From SAR86 cluster bacterium (GTDB taxonomy: Bacteria > Pseudomonadota > Gammaproteobacteria > Magnimaribacterales > AG-339-G14): 64,000 bases of DNA. This document shows positions 29,079 through 41,067 of the stretch, piece by piece (positions within the stretch are counted from its first letter, which is position 1; every line of letters starts with the position of its first letter). A program made the translations under genes and the position numbers. The notes beneath the pieces were generated by a model. The model was not told the origin of the DNA. It searched no databases and saw nothing but the letters and a program-made list of their open reading frames with translations. The stretch spans positions 24,842 to 88,841 of the forward strand of contig JAOIOC010000003.1 of the NCBI GenBank assembly GCA_028140145.1. The letters are read 5' to 3'.

Positions 29079-30434
29079 ATGTCAGCTAAATCAATGGATG
29101 AATTAGTCTCTTTATGCAAGAGGAGAGGATTTATTTTTCAATCAAGTGAAATCTATGGTGGCTTGCAAGGCACGTATGACTTTGGTCCGCTTGGAGTTGA
29201 ATTAAAAAATAATTTAAAGAGCGCATGGTGGAAATCCATGGTTTATGAAAGAGATGATGTTGAAGGTTTGGATGCTTCCATCCTAACAAATCAACTTGTA
29301 TTAAATTATTCCGGTCATGAAGATACTTTTACAGATCCTTTGGTTGACTGTAGAAGTTGTAAGTCAAGATGGAGAGCAGATCAAATTGAAGATACTTGTC
29401 CAAATTGTGGCAGCAAAGACTTGACTGACCCCAGACCTTTTAACTTGATGTTCAAAACAAACGTGGGTCCTCTTGAAGATGACGGATCCATTGCGTATCT
29501 CAGACCAGAAACTGCGCAACAGATTTTTACAAACTTTAAGAATATAGTTGATTCAACATCAAGAGCTTTACCTTTTGGTATTGCGCAAATTGGAAAAGCT
29601 TTTCGGAATGAAATAACTCCAAGAAATTTTATTTTTAGGGTTCGTGAATTTGAACAAATGGAATTGGAATTTTTTGTACAGCCAGGAGAAGATAATCTCT
29701 GGCACGACAAATGGATTGAGGAAAGATCAAAGTGGTGGGAGAGTCAGGGAGTCTCCAAGAAGAAAATTAGATTTTTAGAAGTGCCTAAAGATGAACTATC
29801 TCATTATTCAAAACGTACTGTAGATTTAATGTATGAATTCCCTCACGGCGAGGAAGAATTGGAGGGCATAGCAAATAGAACTGATTTTGATTTAGGCTCA
29901 CATTCCAAAAATCAAGATCAACTAAATATACAAAGCAAGATAAGAGAAAATTCGGATTCAAACTCAAGATTGGCGATACAGGATAAAGATTCAAATGAAT
30001 GGATTGTTCCATTTGTTATAGAGCCATCTGCCGGTGTCGAAAGAGGAGTGTTGGCTATTTTGAATGAAGCTTACAAAGTTGAGAAATTAGAAGACGGAAA
30101 AGAAAGAATAGTTCTAGCTCTTAAAGCTCATCTCAGTCCAATAAAGGCCGCAGTAATTCCTCTGAAAAAAAATAATGAAGATCTCGTGAACTTAGCTAAA
30201 AATGTAAAAGACGAACTTCAATCTTTAGGTAAGGGCAGAGTTCTCTTGGAAAATACAGGAAATATCGGAAAGAGTTATAGGAAGCATGATGAAATAGGTA
30301 CTCCAATGTGCATAACAATTGATTTTGATTCTCTTGATAAGAACACAGTTACAATAAGAGATAGAGATACTATGGAACAAAAAACTGTCCAAATACAAGA
30401 CCTTACAACTTATTTCTCTAATTTTTTTAAGTAA
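29079..30434 (+). CDS. glyQS: Glycine--tRNA ligase, homodimeric (alpha2) type
   Basis: [64 protein letters not shown] anticodon-binding domain. Confidence 0.96.
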   Translation: MSAKSMDELVSLCKRRGFIFQSSEIYGGLQGTYDFGPLGVELKNNLKSAWWKSMVYERDDVEGLDASILTNQLVLNYSGHEDTFTDPLVDCRSCKSRWRADQIEDTCPNCGSKDLTDPRPFNLMFKTNVGPLEDDGSIAYLRPETAQQIFTNFKNIVDSTSRALPFGIAQIGKAFRNEITPRNFIFRVREFEQMELEFFVQPGEDNLWHDKWIEERSKWWESQGVSKKKIRFLEVPKDELSHYSKRTVDLMYEFPHGEEELEGIANRTDFDLGSHSKNQDQLNIQSKIRENSDSNSRLAIQDKDSNEWIVPFVIEPSAGVERGVLAILNEAYKVEKLEDGKERIVLALKAHLSPIKAAVIPLKKNNEDLVNLAKNVKDELQSLGKGRVLLENTGNIGKSYRKHDEIGTPMCITIDFDSLDKNTVTIRDRDTMEQKTVQIQDLTTYFSNFFK

Positions 30435-30442
30435 AAATATTC

Positions 30443-30985
30443 TTGGATAACTCAAGTAAATATATTGTTTTAGATCGTGATGGTGTCATCAATGTTGATC
30501 TATTTGACTATGTAAGAGATCCAAAGGAATTTGAATTTGAACATAAAAGCGTTCAAGCAATAAAAAAATTATCAGATAAAAATGTAAAAATTGTTGTTCT
30601 TACAAATCAAGCCTGCGTTTCACAAAAAACGGCAACTGAAGAAATGATAAATAACGTTCATGACCATATGAAAAATGAACTAAAAAAAATTGGGGCTGAG
30701 ATTGAGCTAATTCTATTTTGTCCGCATGCAAATGAAGACAATTGTGAATGTAGAAAACCCAAAACAGGTTTGTTAGAAAAAGCTGAAGCTAAGCTTGGAA
30801 TTTCACTCAAGGATTGTTTTTTTATTGGTGACAAAGAATCTGATTTACTTGCTGCAAAAAAGCATGGATGTCGTCCTGTCTTGGTTCTTACCGGTTATGG
30901 AATGCATACCATTAGAACAGCTGAAAGTTTGATGGGTGTAAAAATTTATGAGAATTTATTCGAAGCAATAGAGAATAACTTTTGA
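30443..30985 (+). CDS. gmhB: D-glycero-D-manno-heptose 1,7-bisphosphate phosphatase
   Basis: LDRDGVIN, TNQ, CPH...CECRKP, GDKESD. Confidence 0.9.
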   Translation: MDNSSKYIVLDRDGVINVDLFDYVRDPKEFEFEHKSVQAIKKLSDKNVKIVVLTNQACVSQKTATEEMINNVHDHMKNELKKIGAEIELILFCPHANEDNCECRKPKTGLLEKAEAKLGISLKDCFFIGDKESDLLAAKKHGCRPVLVLTGYGMHTIRTAESLMGVKIYENLFEAIENNF

Positions 30986-31692
30986 TGGTTTATCTTAGAT
31001 CGGGTATTTTTTATTTTTTCCTTATTATTGGATTGGGATTAATTTTCATTGGCATACCTTTCCTATATTTTACTCCGTTAATAAAGCGACAAAAAATTAT
31101 TTTAAGCTGGGTATGGTTAGTAAGATTCACATTGAAATATATTTGTAATGTTGAAATTGAATTTAAAGGATTCAAAGATTATCTTAATGGCAAATTTCTT
31201 TTTGTCTCTAATCACCAAAGCACATTGGAAACGTTGGTGTTACATCATGAGTTTCAACCAATGTCAGCGATTACAAAGAAAGAAAATTTGAGCGTTCCAG
31301 TTTTTGGTTTAGGTTTTAGATTGCTTGAACCTATTTACATAGAAAGAGATATGAAGCTGAGCTCTACCAAAAAAATTATAAGAGAAGGAATAAAAAAAAT
31401 TGAAGCTGGATTATCTGTTTTATATTTTCCAGAAGGCACGAGGATGCCACTAGGAGAAATAGGAAGATTTTCTAGAACTGGTATTGAAGTTGCAGCCAAA
31501 ACAGATACCAGCATCATCCCGATAGTTCACAACTCAGCAGAGTGTTGGCCGCCCAGTTACTTAATACAACCAGGAAAAGTTATTTTTTACTTAGGTGATC
31601 CAGTTGAAACATCCGGTAAAAATATAAGACAACTTACAACTGAACTTCAATCATGGATGATTGAAAATTATCATCTAACGTCCAAGTCTTAA
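30985..31692 (+). CDS. plsC: 1-acyl-sn-glycerol-3-phosphate acyltransferase (PlsC family)
   Basis: SNHQSTLET, FPEGTR; TGATG overlap with gmhB. Confidence 0.88.
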   Translation: MVYLRSGIFYFFLIIGLGLIFIGIPFLYFTPLIKRQKIILSWVWLVRFTLKYICNVEIEFKGFKDYLNGKFLFVSNHQSTLETLVLHHEFQPMSAITKKENLSVPVFGLGFRLLEPIYIERDMKLSSTKKIIREGIKKIEAGLSVLYFPEGTRMPLGEIGRFSRTGIEVAAKTDTSIIPIVHNSAECWPPSYLIQPGKVIFYLGDPVETSGKNIRQLTTELQSWMIENYHLTSKS

Positions 31693-31806
31693 AAATATCT
31701 TTAAAAAAAAGTTCTCAAACCTTAAATTCATAAAAAACTCCCTTTTTTGCTACTTTTTGCTAAATTTATGACTTAAATAGTGTAAAAGTGCCATTTTGGG
31801 GGAAAT

Positions 31807-32241
31807 ATGCTGAAAAAACTGTTTAGTCAGGCTACAAATGACAAAATTCACTGGACAACACTCATAAGTGAGAAAATCCTTTTAGCGCTTATCGGAATTG
31901 CTACATGCATCGCAGCAGCCCTTTATTTATGGGAAATGTTCATTGATAGACGCATTGAACTGTCGGATTTATTCTTATTATTCATCTATGCTGAAATTTT
32001 AGGCATGGTGGGGTCTTTTTACAGTACGAATAGAATTCCAGTAACTTTGCCAATAATTATCGCTATAACGGCTATTTGCAGATTAATTGTTATGCAGAAT
32101 AAAGAAATGGAAGCTACATTAATTGTTGGTGAAGCTGCAGCAGTTCTTATTCTGGCTGGCGCTGCATACATGATGAGCCTAAAAGATAAGATAAGTTTAG
32201 AAAAATTAAAAAACCAAAACAATGATGATATCCAAAGCTAA
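31807..32241 (+). CDS. PsiE-family membrane protein
   Basis: DLFLLFIYAEILGMV, IPVTLPIIIAITAICRLIV. Confidence 0.85.
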   Translation: MLKKLFSQATNDKIHWTTLISEKILLALIGIATCIAAALYLWEMFIDRRIELSDLFLLFIYAEILGMVGSFYSTNRIPVTLPIIIAITAICRLIVMQNKEMEATLIVGEAAAVLILAGAAYMMSLKDKISLEKLKNQNNDDIQS

Positions 32242-32528
32242 TGTTTTTTTAGTGGCTTTTCAGATTCTTCGAACCAACCGTCTATAATTTCATTGTTCTC
32301 ATCTATCCATCTTTCGATTTGAAGGATGACGAAATCTTGCCCAGAAATTAAATCAAAATTCTCTTGCGGCATTGATTCCTTTTCTCTCTCAAGAAGCTCT
32401 TTCAAAGTAATTAGATTTTCCGTTTGTTTTTGATATTCCAAAAGAGTAGGATTTTTTTTATCAGAAAAAGTATCTTGGATTTCATCCAATAATTGGTCCT
32501 TGAATTTTTGAATCTCTCTTATATTCAA
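32238..32528 (-). CDS. Hypothetical acidic helical protein
   Basis: Open frame; likely TTG start at 32528 overlapping the upstream TGA (TTGA); ORF track extends it to 32552. Confidence 0.6.
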   Translation of the reverse strand: MNIREIQKFKDQLLDEIQDTFSDKKNPTLLEYQKQTENLITLKELLEREKESMPQENFDLISGQDFVILQIERWIDENNEIIDGWFEESEKPLKKH

Positions 32529-33064
32529 AACTCTTTTATCTCTCTGTTCCAAGAAACTTTTTTTATTTTCCTTTCTGAATGTGTAAGAATCTTGATGTGA
32601 AATTCTTCTCTTAATTCTTTTATACTTTTATCCAGTAACTCCTCTGAAAAATAATAATTCCAACGCTTCTTCATTTTAAAGCATCTAAATAAAATCGTTG
32701 GCCACTTTCTAATCATGACTTTTAAGTAGAGAAAAAAGTACTTTGTATAACCAACTTCTTTTAAAAGAATTTCTACTTTTTCAGTAGTTTCTTTGAAATT
32801 TATTTTTCCAGAAAAATAATCTTTTAGTATTTGAAAATAGTTTCCACCAAAAAATACCCAGCAATCCAACATTGCTTCCTCTTCTAAGGTTGTATCTAAT
32901 CCAAAAATTACATGAGTTGCATCATGGCAGAGAATACCCCACTTTTCTGAATCGCTAACTTGTTCTCCAAGAACATATCTATTATTTTTTCTTAAATAAC
33001 TTCTATATTCTTCTATTCCTCCTTGCAAAGAAGTATTGCAATCTTGGTTCTGAAAATTAAGCAT
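32525..33064 (-). CDS. Coq4-like (HDxxH) hypothetical protein
   Basis: CHDATHVIFGLDTTLEEEA resembles the Coq4 HDxxH-x11-E metal motif; ends in LREEFHI. Confidence 0.65.
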   Translation of the reverse strand: MLNFQNQDCNTSLQGGIEEYRSYLRKNNRYVLGEQVSDSEKWGILCHDATHVIFGLDTTLEEEAMLDCWVFFGGNYFQILKDYFSGKINFKETTEKVEILLKEVGYTKYFFLYLKVMIRKWPTILFRCFKMKKRWNYYFSEELLDKSIKELREEFHIKILTHSERKIKKVSWNREIKEF

Positions 33065-33135
33065 TTTTTTATTATAGTTTAATACTTTTCACTCATTACA
33101 AAATTTAGTTTAAATTTTTGTTTTAAACTCACCAA

Positions 33136-33345
33136 ATGAATTTAAGTATGTTCATTATTGGAAGCGCGGTTTTCATTGTCGCTTTTTCTTTTTTTAAAGT
33201 TACTGCTTTGCATAAAACTAAAAATCAGAATGAGTCTTGGTTGAAGCTTATTTCTGTTTTTTTCGTGGACCTTATTGTGCTCGTGGTGGGCACTCTTGGA
33301 GTAGGGATATTTTTTGTCTCTTTGTTCAACGCGTTTCATGGATAG
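33136..33345 (+). CDS. Small 2-TM hypothetical protein
   Basis: Two hydrophobic helices; stop overlaps the next ATG region. Confidence 0.55.
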   Translation: MNLSMFIIGSAVFIVAFSFFKVTALHKTKNQNESWLKLISVFFVDLIVLVVGTLGVGIFFVSLFNAFHG

Positions 33346-33574
33346 GCTTTTAAGGAGTAGTTTTCTAAGCAATCTTTTTGCTTATCTAAAATATAGGTAT
33401 TTCTTACAAGATATTGAATTTAATGAGGATATTTCTATGTACGAAGATTTATTTTCTAATGGGCAGAGAGTTTTTCATGGAGTGTTATTAGATGATGAAG
33501 GAAATCTTTTAAAGGACAATCAAGAGCCTGAAAATAACTGCCTGGAAGACTTTTTACTCAAGCAAAGAAATTGA
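33338..33574 (+). CDS. Hypothetical protein
   Basis: ATG 33338 overlaps the upstream gene end; 78 aa. Confidence 0.5.
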   Translation: MDRLLRSSFLSNLFAYLKYRYFLQDIEFNEDISMYEDLFSNGQRVFHGVLLDDEGNLLKDNQEPENNCLEDFLLKQRN

Positions 33575-33576
33575 AG

Positions 33577-34593
33577 TTAGGATCTTGAAGATCCTATAGC
33601 GACTGGTCTGATTGGTGAGGCCGCGCTACCCTTCGTTTTTAGTGGGAGAATCATCACGCATGAAAGATCAACGGAATCCTTAGCAAGTAAATCAAGCTTT
33701 AAGTTTTCTATAGTGTGAATGCCAACCTGAGTTAAGAAATAATAGTGTGCCGGTAAAACAACGCCATCAGGATTTTGAGACACCTCTTTACCCATTTCGC
33801 TTGGATCACCAAAGGCATCTACCCCCCAATTATCTACACCTACTCCTACAACTTTTTTATCAGCTAAAAACTTTGCGGCATTAAAAGATATTCCCGGTGC
33901 CTTAGAATAATAAATTTTATTTTCGTCTGGATCCTCATATTGATCACTCCATCCAGTGTAAATAAGGACAACATCACCAGGCAAAATTCCTCTTTTTTTC
34001 AGCGATGATTTTTTTAAAGTTTCCTCAATATGTTTTACGGTTACGTATTCACCAGCTCTCATAGATCTTCCACCAAATGAATGTTTTCTAACGTCTAGCA
34101 AAACAGCCGTCGTGATGATAGGAGGAACTGTTTCAATTCCTAATTTTTGCAATGGAGATTCTGGAAATGGTTTAACTTCTTTAGCAGTTAAACCTTTGAA
34201 GTATCGAACACCAGAAAGATCCAACTCGCCTTTTCCATCCCAAAATTTATCTGAATGTCCAAAGTGTCCAAGAGCATCAATTTGGGTTCCTTGATTTCCG
34301 TCATTCACGTTTTCATTGAGTACGTCCATCGTATAAATGTGATTAGATTTTTCGAAACCCAGTTCAGGTAAAAATTTTGGTTTGTACTCACCTGCAAATG
34401 GAGACAAGGGCATTGTTGAGGTTCTTTCGTATGAAAGCTCATAAACCTTTACATTATTCTTAGACATCTCCGTTGCACATCTCGCCCAAGTTTCTGAACC
34501 GAGTAAGTTTGTCATTCCTCTCTCTGAAGAAAAATCTGAAGCAAAAAGAAAACTTGATGAACTTAAAAATAATATAAAAATGATCTTGATCAT
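33577..34593 (-). CDS. Cyclase/kynurenine formamidase-like metallohydrolase, secreted
   Basis: GTQIDALGH, PGDVVLIYTGW, APG, GVDNW, H...IENL, GSAASPIRPVAI; signal peptide. Confidence 0.85.
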   Translation of the reverse strand: MIKIIFILFLSSSSFLFASDFSSERGMTNLLGSETWARCATEMSKNNVKVYELSYERTSTMPLSPFAGEYKPKFLPELGFEKSNHIYTMDVLNENVNDGNQGTQIDALGHFGHSDKFWDGKGELDLSGVRYFKGLTAKEVKPFPESPLQKLGIETVPPIITTAVLLDVRKHSFGGRSMRAGEYVTVKHIEETLKKSSLKKRGILPGDVVLIYTGWSDQYEDPDENKIYYSKAPGISFNAAKFLADKKVVGVGVDNWGVDAFGDPSEMGKEVSQNPDGVVLPAHYYFLTQVGIHTIENLKLDLLAKDSVDLSCVMILPLKTKGSAASPIRPVAIGSSRS

Positions 34594-34621
34594 CAAAGAA
34601 TTATAAATGAATTAAATTTAA

Positions 34622-34650
34622 TTGAGTCAGCTAACAAATAGCTGACTCAA
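34622..34650. terminator. Perfect 12-bp hairpin (terminator or mRNA-stabilising)
   Basis: TTGAGTCAGCTA-ACAAA-TAGCTGACTCAA, 3 nt after the stop of the 102-aa ORF; no clean U-tract. Confidence 0.6.
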
Positions 34651-34653
34651 AGA

Positions 34654-34962
34654 TTATTTTGCTAAATTGAAGTTATCAGTTCCTTCTCTAGCGCCCATCC
34701 AAGTTTCGTTAGCAACTTGCGTTGAAATATCAGATAAATCAAACAAAGCTTTCATTGCTTCTGAAGTTGGCTGTGCTCCTGAACCCCACGCTCCTGACTC
34801 TGCATCAACAATGAATGCAATTAAATTGGGATTTACCCAATAATATTTAGCATCATTGACGCCAGGACTGCTTTTTGCAGTTTTACATACTGCATAAGCT
34901 GCATTTCCAAAGGTATTTCTATCAGCACCGCTGTGCATCTCAAATTTTGTAATTTGTAACAT
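34654..34962 (-). CDS. Hypothetical 102-aa protein
   Basis: AGGAG SD, TATAAT upstream, hairpin downstream. Confidence 0.78.
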   Translation of the reverse strand: MLQITKFEMHSGADRNTFGNAAYAVCKTAKSSPGVNDAKYYWVNPNLIAFIVDAESGAWGSGAQPTSEAMKALFDLSDISTQVANETWMGAREGTDNFNLAK

Positions 34963-35054
34963 AAAAAACTCCTATTTTTTTATTAATTTATTAGTAACAG
35001 TAATAAATAGTATTAATAATTATTATAAAAGGGAAGTGGAAGGGAAATTTGAAT

Positions 35055-37493
<2,439 letters not shown>

Positions 37494-37496
37494 TTA

Positions 37497-38519
37497 TTAT
37501 AAAGCAATTAGGGTATTAAATCGCCCTTTTATACCTAAAAAATCAGGGTCAATTGAGGACACAAACTTCTGTCCTGGAGCATCTAAAATCAGCTCCAAGC
37601 ATTTTAGAAAATTCTCCTCATCTAGCTCAGAAGGCAAGTCATCAACTAAAAATATTGAGTGCTTATTTCCGAGATTATGTATGTGTTGATTAAATCCTAA
37701 TATTGTTAATAAAATCAATAGCTTCTGTTCTCCTCTGGATAAAATATCCCCTGATTTTATATCGTTGACATCATAGAGAAGATCAAGCCTATGCGGCCCA
37801 ACCGTTGAAAATTTTACTTCCGAATCTTTTTGATAAACTTTGCGCAATTCATTCTTAAAATCTTCTTCTTCCAGCCATAGATTTTCAACCCAGAAATTTA
37901 CCTTTTTTTCCGTAGGAAAATCCTTATCAAAATTTACTTTTAGCAATGGAATTATCTTCTCCAAATGCTTATTTCTTAAGCATGAAATTTCTATTGATTT
38001 TTCGACAAATAGATCGTTCCAAATTTTGAAAGTTTTCTTGTTTGCTTCTCTGAGCGCATTGTTCCTTAGTCTCAGAGATTTTTGAAACTCTATGTATTTT
38101 TTTTTGTAATTTTGTTCCACGTGAAACAAATAAAAATCTAAGAAGTTTCTTCTGGTTTCAGATGAAGACTCTAAATAATTTAATGCAAAGTTGTTAATTA
38201 AAAATGGACAAACATCATTTAATATTGATTCTTTTGGAGTGATTTGCCTGACCAGCGCCTTAGTTTTTTTTCTTGAAAGCTCTAGCTTTGAATTGTCGTC
38301 AAATATGGCTTTCAAAGCAAAAAAATCTTCTTCAAATGGATAAAAAGAACTCATGTTGTTGGTTTTGAACGACTTATTTTCTATCGAGAAATAAATACTT
38401 TCCAATAAAGTAGTTTTTCCAGAACCGTTCTTCCCCGAAATAAGATTTGTGTCAGTAAAGGAGAAAAATTTTTGTGAGAGGGCTCTAAAAGAAGATAGCT
38501 CTAATTTTTTTAAACCCAT
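37497..38519 (-). CDS. recF: DNA replication/repair protein RecF (divergent)
   Basis: GKNGSGKT, LFHVEQ, VGPHR.D, LSRGEQK, LVDDLPSELD; between dnaN and gyrB. Confidence 0.9.
   Translation of the reverse strand: MGLKKLELSSFRALSQKFFSFTDTNLISGKNGSGKTTLLESIYFSIENKSFKTNNMSSFYPFEEDFFALKAIFDDNSKLELSRKKTKALVRQITPKESILNDVCPFLINNFALNYLESSSETRRNFLDFYLFHVEQNYKKKYIEFQKSLRLRNNALREANKKTFKIWNDLFVEKSIEISCLRNKHLEKIIPLLKVNFDKDFPTEKKVNFWVENLWLEEEDFKNELRKVYQKDSEVKFSTVGPHRLDLLYDVNDIKSGDILSRGEQKLLILLTILGFNQHIHNLGNKHSIFLVDDLPSELDEENFLKCLELILDAPGQKFVSSIDPDFLGIKGRFNTLIAL
38113..38128. promoter_or_regulatory. parS: parS centromere-like site within recF
   Basis: TGTTCCACGTGAAACA matches the consensus TGTTNCACGTGAAACA. 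Confidence 0.9.
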
Positions 38520-38523
38520 GAGA

Positions 38524-39624
38524 CTAGAGTCTCATAGGCATAATAACGTGTATTAGATCTTCATTTTCCTTATTTTTAACAATGCAACTTGATTCTTGAC
38601 CGAAAAAAACTATTTCTGCCGATAAATCTTTAATAGTTGTAAGGGATTCTTGTAAATAGCTTATATTGAAACCAATTTCTAGCTCTGGGCCGGAATAATC
38701 AACTTTTATTTCTTCTTCAGCGCTTTCTTTTTCTGGATTATTTGCCTCAATTTTCAGTAAATCTTTATTAAGACTCAATCTAATTCCTCTGTATTTTTCA
38801 TTTGAAAGAACTGAAGCTCTGCTCAGAGCAGTATTAAATTCATTTTTATCGACAATAAGCTTAGATTCATCACCAACCGGAAAAACTTTTTCATAATCAG
38901 GATAATTGCCCTCGATTAATTTAGAGGTGAAGGAAAATACAGAGCCTACAACATTGATTTGATTCTGAGATACATTTAACGTGATTTCTTCGTCGTTAGC
39001 AGAAATAATTTTTTGCAATTCCATAACGGCCTTTCTGGGAACAATAACCCTAAAATCCTCTTTTAAACCATCAATTGATGTTTTTGTAAAAGCCAGCCTA
39101 TGGCCATCTGTTGATACCACACATAATGCGTTTCCTTTTGTCTCTAAAAGGCACCCATTTAGGTAATATCTTACATCTTGAGCAGCCATTGCCACAGATG
39201 TTGAACCAATCATGTCAGCTAAGGCTGAAGATGAAATCTTAATAGAGCTGCTAAAATCAGCAGAATCAATAGAGGGAAAGTCACTAGCTGGCAATGTAGC
39301 TAAATCTGCCTGGAACTTTAAGGCTTTAATTTCTATCTGGTTATCAATTAGGCAAAAGTTCAGCTTTGTATCTTCTGGTATTGATCTTACTAAATCTGCT
39401 AGTTTTCTAGCAGAAACTGTAACTTCGCCCTCTTTTTTAACTTCTACGCCATCAATTGTTGTTTTATATTCAATTTCTAAATCAGTTGCCGTTATTTTTA
39501 TTGAATTTTTGGCCGCAGAAATTAGTACGTTTGACAGAATAGGAATAGACTGCCTTTTTTCAGATACATTTGAGGCCAGTAAGGCTGGCTCAACAAGATC
39601 TTTTTTATTTATATTAAATTCCAT
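38524..39624 (-). CDS. dnaN: DNA polymerase III beta clamp
   Basis: ATDLE, QDVRYYLNG, STDGHRL, IGFNISYL, VIMPMRL. Confidence 0.97.
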   Translation of the reverse strand: MEFNINKKDLVEPALLASNVSEKRQSIPILSNVLISAAKNSIKITATDLEIEYKTTIDGVEVKKEGEVTVSARKLADLVRSIPEDTKLNFCLIDNQIEIKALKFQADLATLPASDFPSIDSADFSSSIKISSSALADMIGSTSVAMAAQDVRYYLNGCLLETKGNALCVVSTDGHRLAFTKTSIDGLKEDFRVIVPRKAVMELQKIISANDEEITLNVSQNQINVVGSVFSFTSKLIEGNYPDYEKVFPVGDESKLIVDKNEFNTALSRASVLSNEKYRGIRLSLNKDLLKIEANNPEKESAEEEIKVDYSGPELEIGFNISYLQESLTTIKDLSAEIVFFGQESSCIVKNKENEDLIHVIMPMRL

Positions 39625-39626
39625 AA

Positions 39627-40961
39627 TCAAGCGGTGAGGACTCTTACCAAGTTTTTATAATCCTCGTCCAACTCAGTATTTCCTTGTCTCAATTCTCCTA
39701 TTTTTTTGCATGCATGAAGAACCGTTGTATGATCCCGGCCTCCAAATGCGTCTCCTATCTCGGGAAGGCTGTGATTTGTTAGTTCTTTGGCTAAACTCAT
39801 CGATAATTGTCTAGGTCTGGCGAGAGACCTGTTTCGTTTTGATGATAACAGATCAGAGAGCCTTATATTGAAATAATCTGAAACTGTCTTCTGGATATTG
39901 TCAATACTGACTTGTCTAGCTTGAATGGCAAGCAAATCTCTCAGAGATTCTTTAATTAAATTCAAATCAACTTCTTTGTTTGCAAATTTTGCATTCGCAC
40001 CAACTCTTTTTAGCGCCCCTTCAAGCTCTCTAACATTAGATCTGATCCTTTCTGATATAAAGAAAGCACAGTCTTGTGGCATATTTAAATTAAGCTCTTC
40101 GGCTTTTTTTAGCAAGATTGCTACTCGAGTTTCAAGCTCTGGAGGCTCTACAATCACTGGTAAACCCCAGCCTAGCCTGGATTTAAGTCTTTCTTCTAAT
40201 CCCTCTATTTCTTTAGGATACCTGTCGCAAGTGAGTATCATTTGCTGACCTCCTTCCAATAACGCATTAAAAGTGTGAAAAAGTTCTTCTTGAGACTGTT
40301 CTTTTCCTGCAAAAAACTGAATATCATCTATCAGCAAGGCATCTACGCCTCTATAAAACTGCTTAAACTCATTTATTGCACCTAATTGAAGTGATTTAAC
40401 CATATCACTTACAAACCTCTCGGAATGAATATAAACAATTCTTTTAGATGGATCTTTTTCTTTAAGTTTATTTCCTACAGCATGCATTAAATGAGTTTTA
40501 CCTAAACCAACTCCGCCGTATATAAATAAAGGGTTGTATGCACCTTTGGGTGAATCAGCAACCTGTTTTGCCGCAGCTAAAGCTATATTATTCGATTTAC
40601 CTTCAACAAAAGTTTCAAATGTAAAATTTTCAAAAAGTGAATTTTCTTTGTCATCTAGAAAAGGAATTTTTTTTGATTTTTCCTTTGTAATCAATGGTTT
40701 AGGAGAATTAAATAAATCATAATTTAAACTTAAATTTTCAGAATCAAGAGATCTAGATAAATATTGTTTTATGATGGAATCATAATTTTGTTTAACATGT
40801 TCTTTGATGAAATCATTTGGGGCTAAAAGCGTTACAGCTTGCATGCCAAATTCGTCTTGTTCTTCTGAGTAAGCTAATGGACTTATCCAAGTAGAGAATT
40901 CATCCTGGTTTAGCTCTAGTTCAAGCGATTTTCTACATTCTTCCCAGGCTTGATAATTCAT
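39627..40961 (-). CDS. dnaA: Chromosomal replication initiator
   Basis: [47 protein letters not shown]. Confidence 0.99.
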   Translation of the reverse strand: MNYQAWEECRKSLELELNQDEFSTWISPLAYSEEQDEFGMQAVTLLAPNDFIKEHVKQNYDSIIKQYLSRSLDSENLSLNYDLFNSPKPLITKEKSKKIPFLDDKENSLFENFTFETFVEGKSNNIALAAAKQVADSPKGAYNPLFIYGGVGLGKTHLMHAVGNKLKEKDPSKRIVYIHSERFVSDMVKSLQLGAINEFKQFYRGVDALLIDDIQFFAGKEQSQEELFHTFNALLEGGQQMILTCDRYPKEIEGLEERLKSRLGWGLPVIVEPPELETRVAILLKKAEELNLNMPQDCAFFISERIRSNVRELEGALKRVGANAKFANKEVDLNLIKESLRDLLAIQARQVSIDNIQKTVSDYFNIRLSDLLSSKRNRSLARPRQLSMSLAKELTNHSLPEIGDAFGGRDHTTVLHACKKIGELRQGNTELDEDYKNLVRVLTA

Positions 40962-40989
40962 AAAAAGATATTAATATTTTTATTATAAC

Positions 40990-41067
40990 TTATCCACAGG
41001 ATAATCATGTGAAAAATTGTGAATAACTTGTTAATAATATAATTAATTAGAGTTTTATTTATTCACT
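40990..41067. promoter_or_regulatory. DnaA-box cluster in the dnaA-rpmH intergenic region
   Basis: TTATCCACA 40990-40998; TGTGAATAA 41018-41026; weaker TGTGAAAAA 41008-41016, TGTTAATAA 41029-41037, TTATTCACT 41059-41067. Confidence 0.85.
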
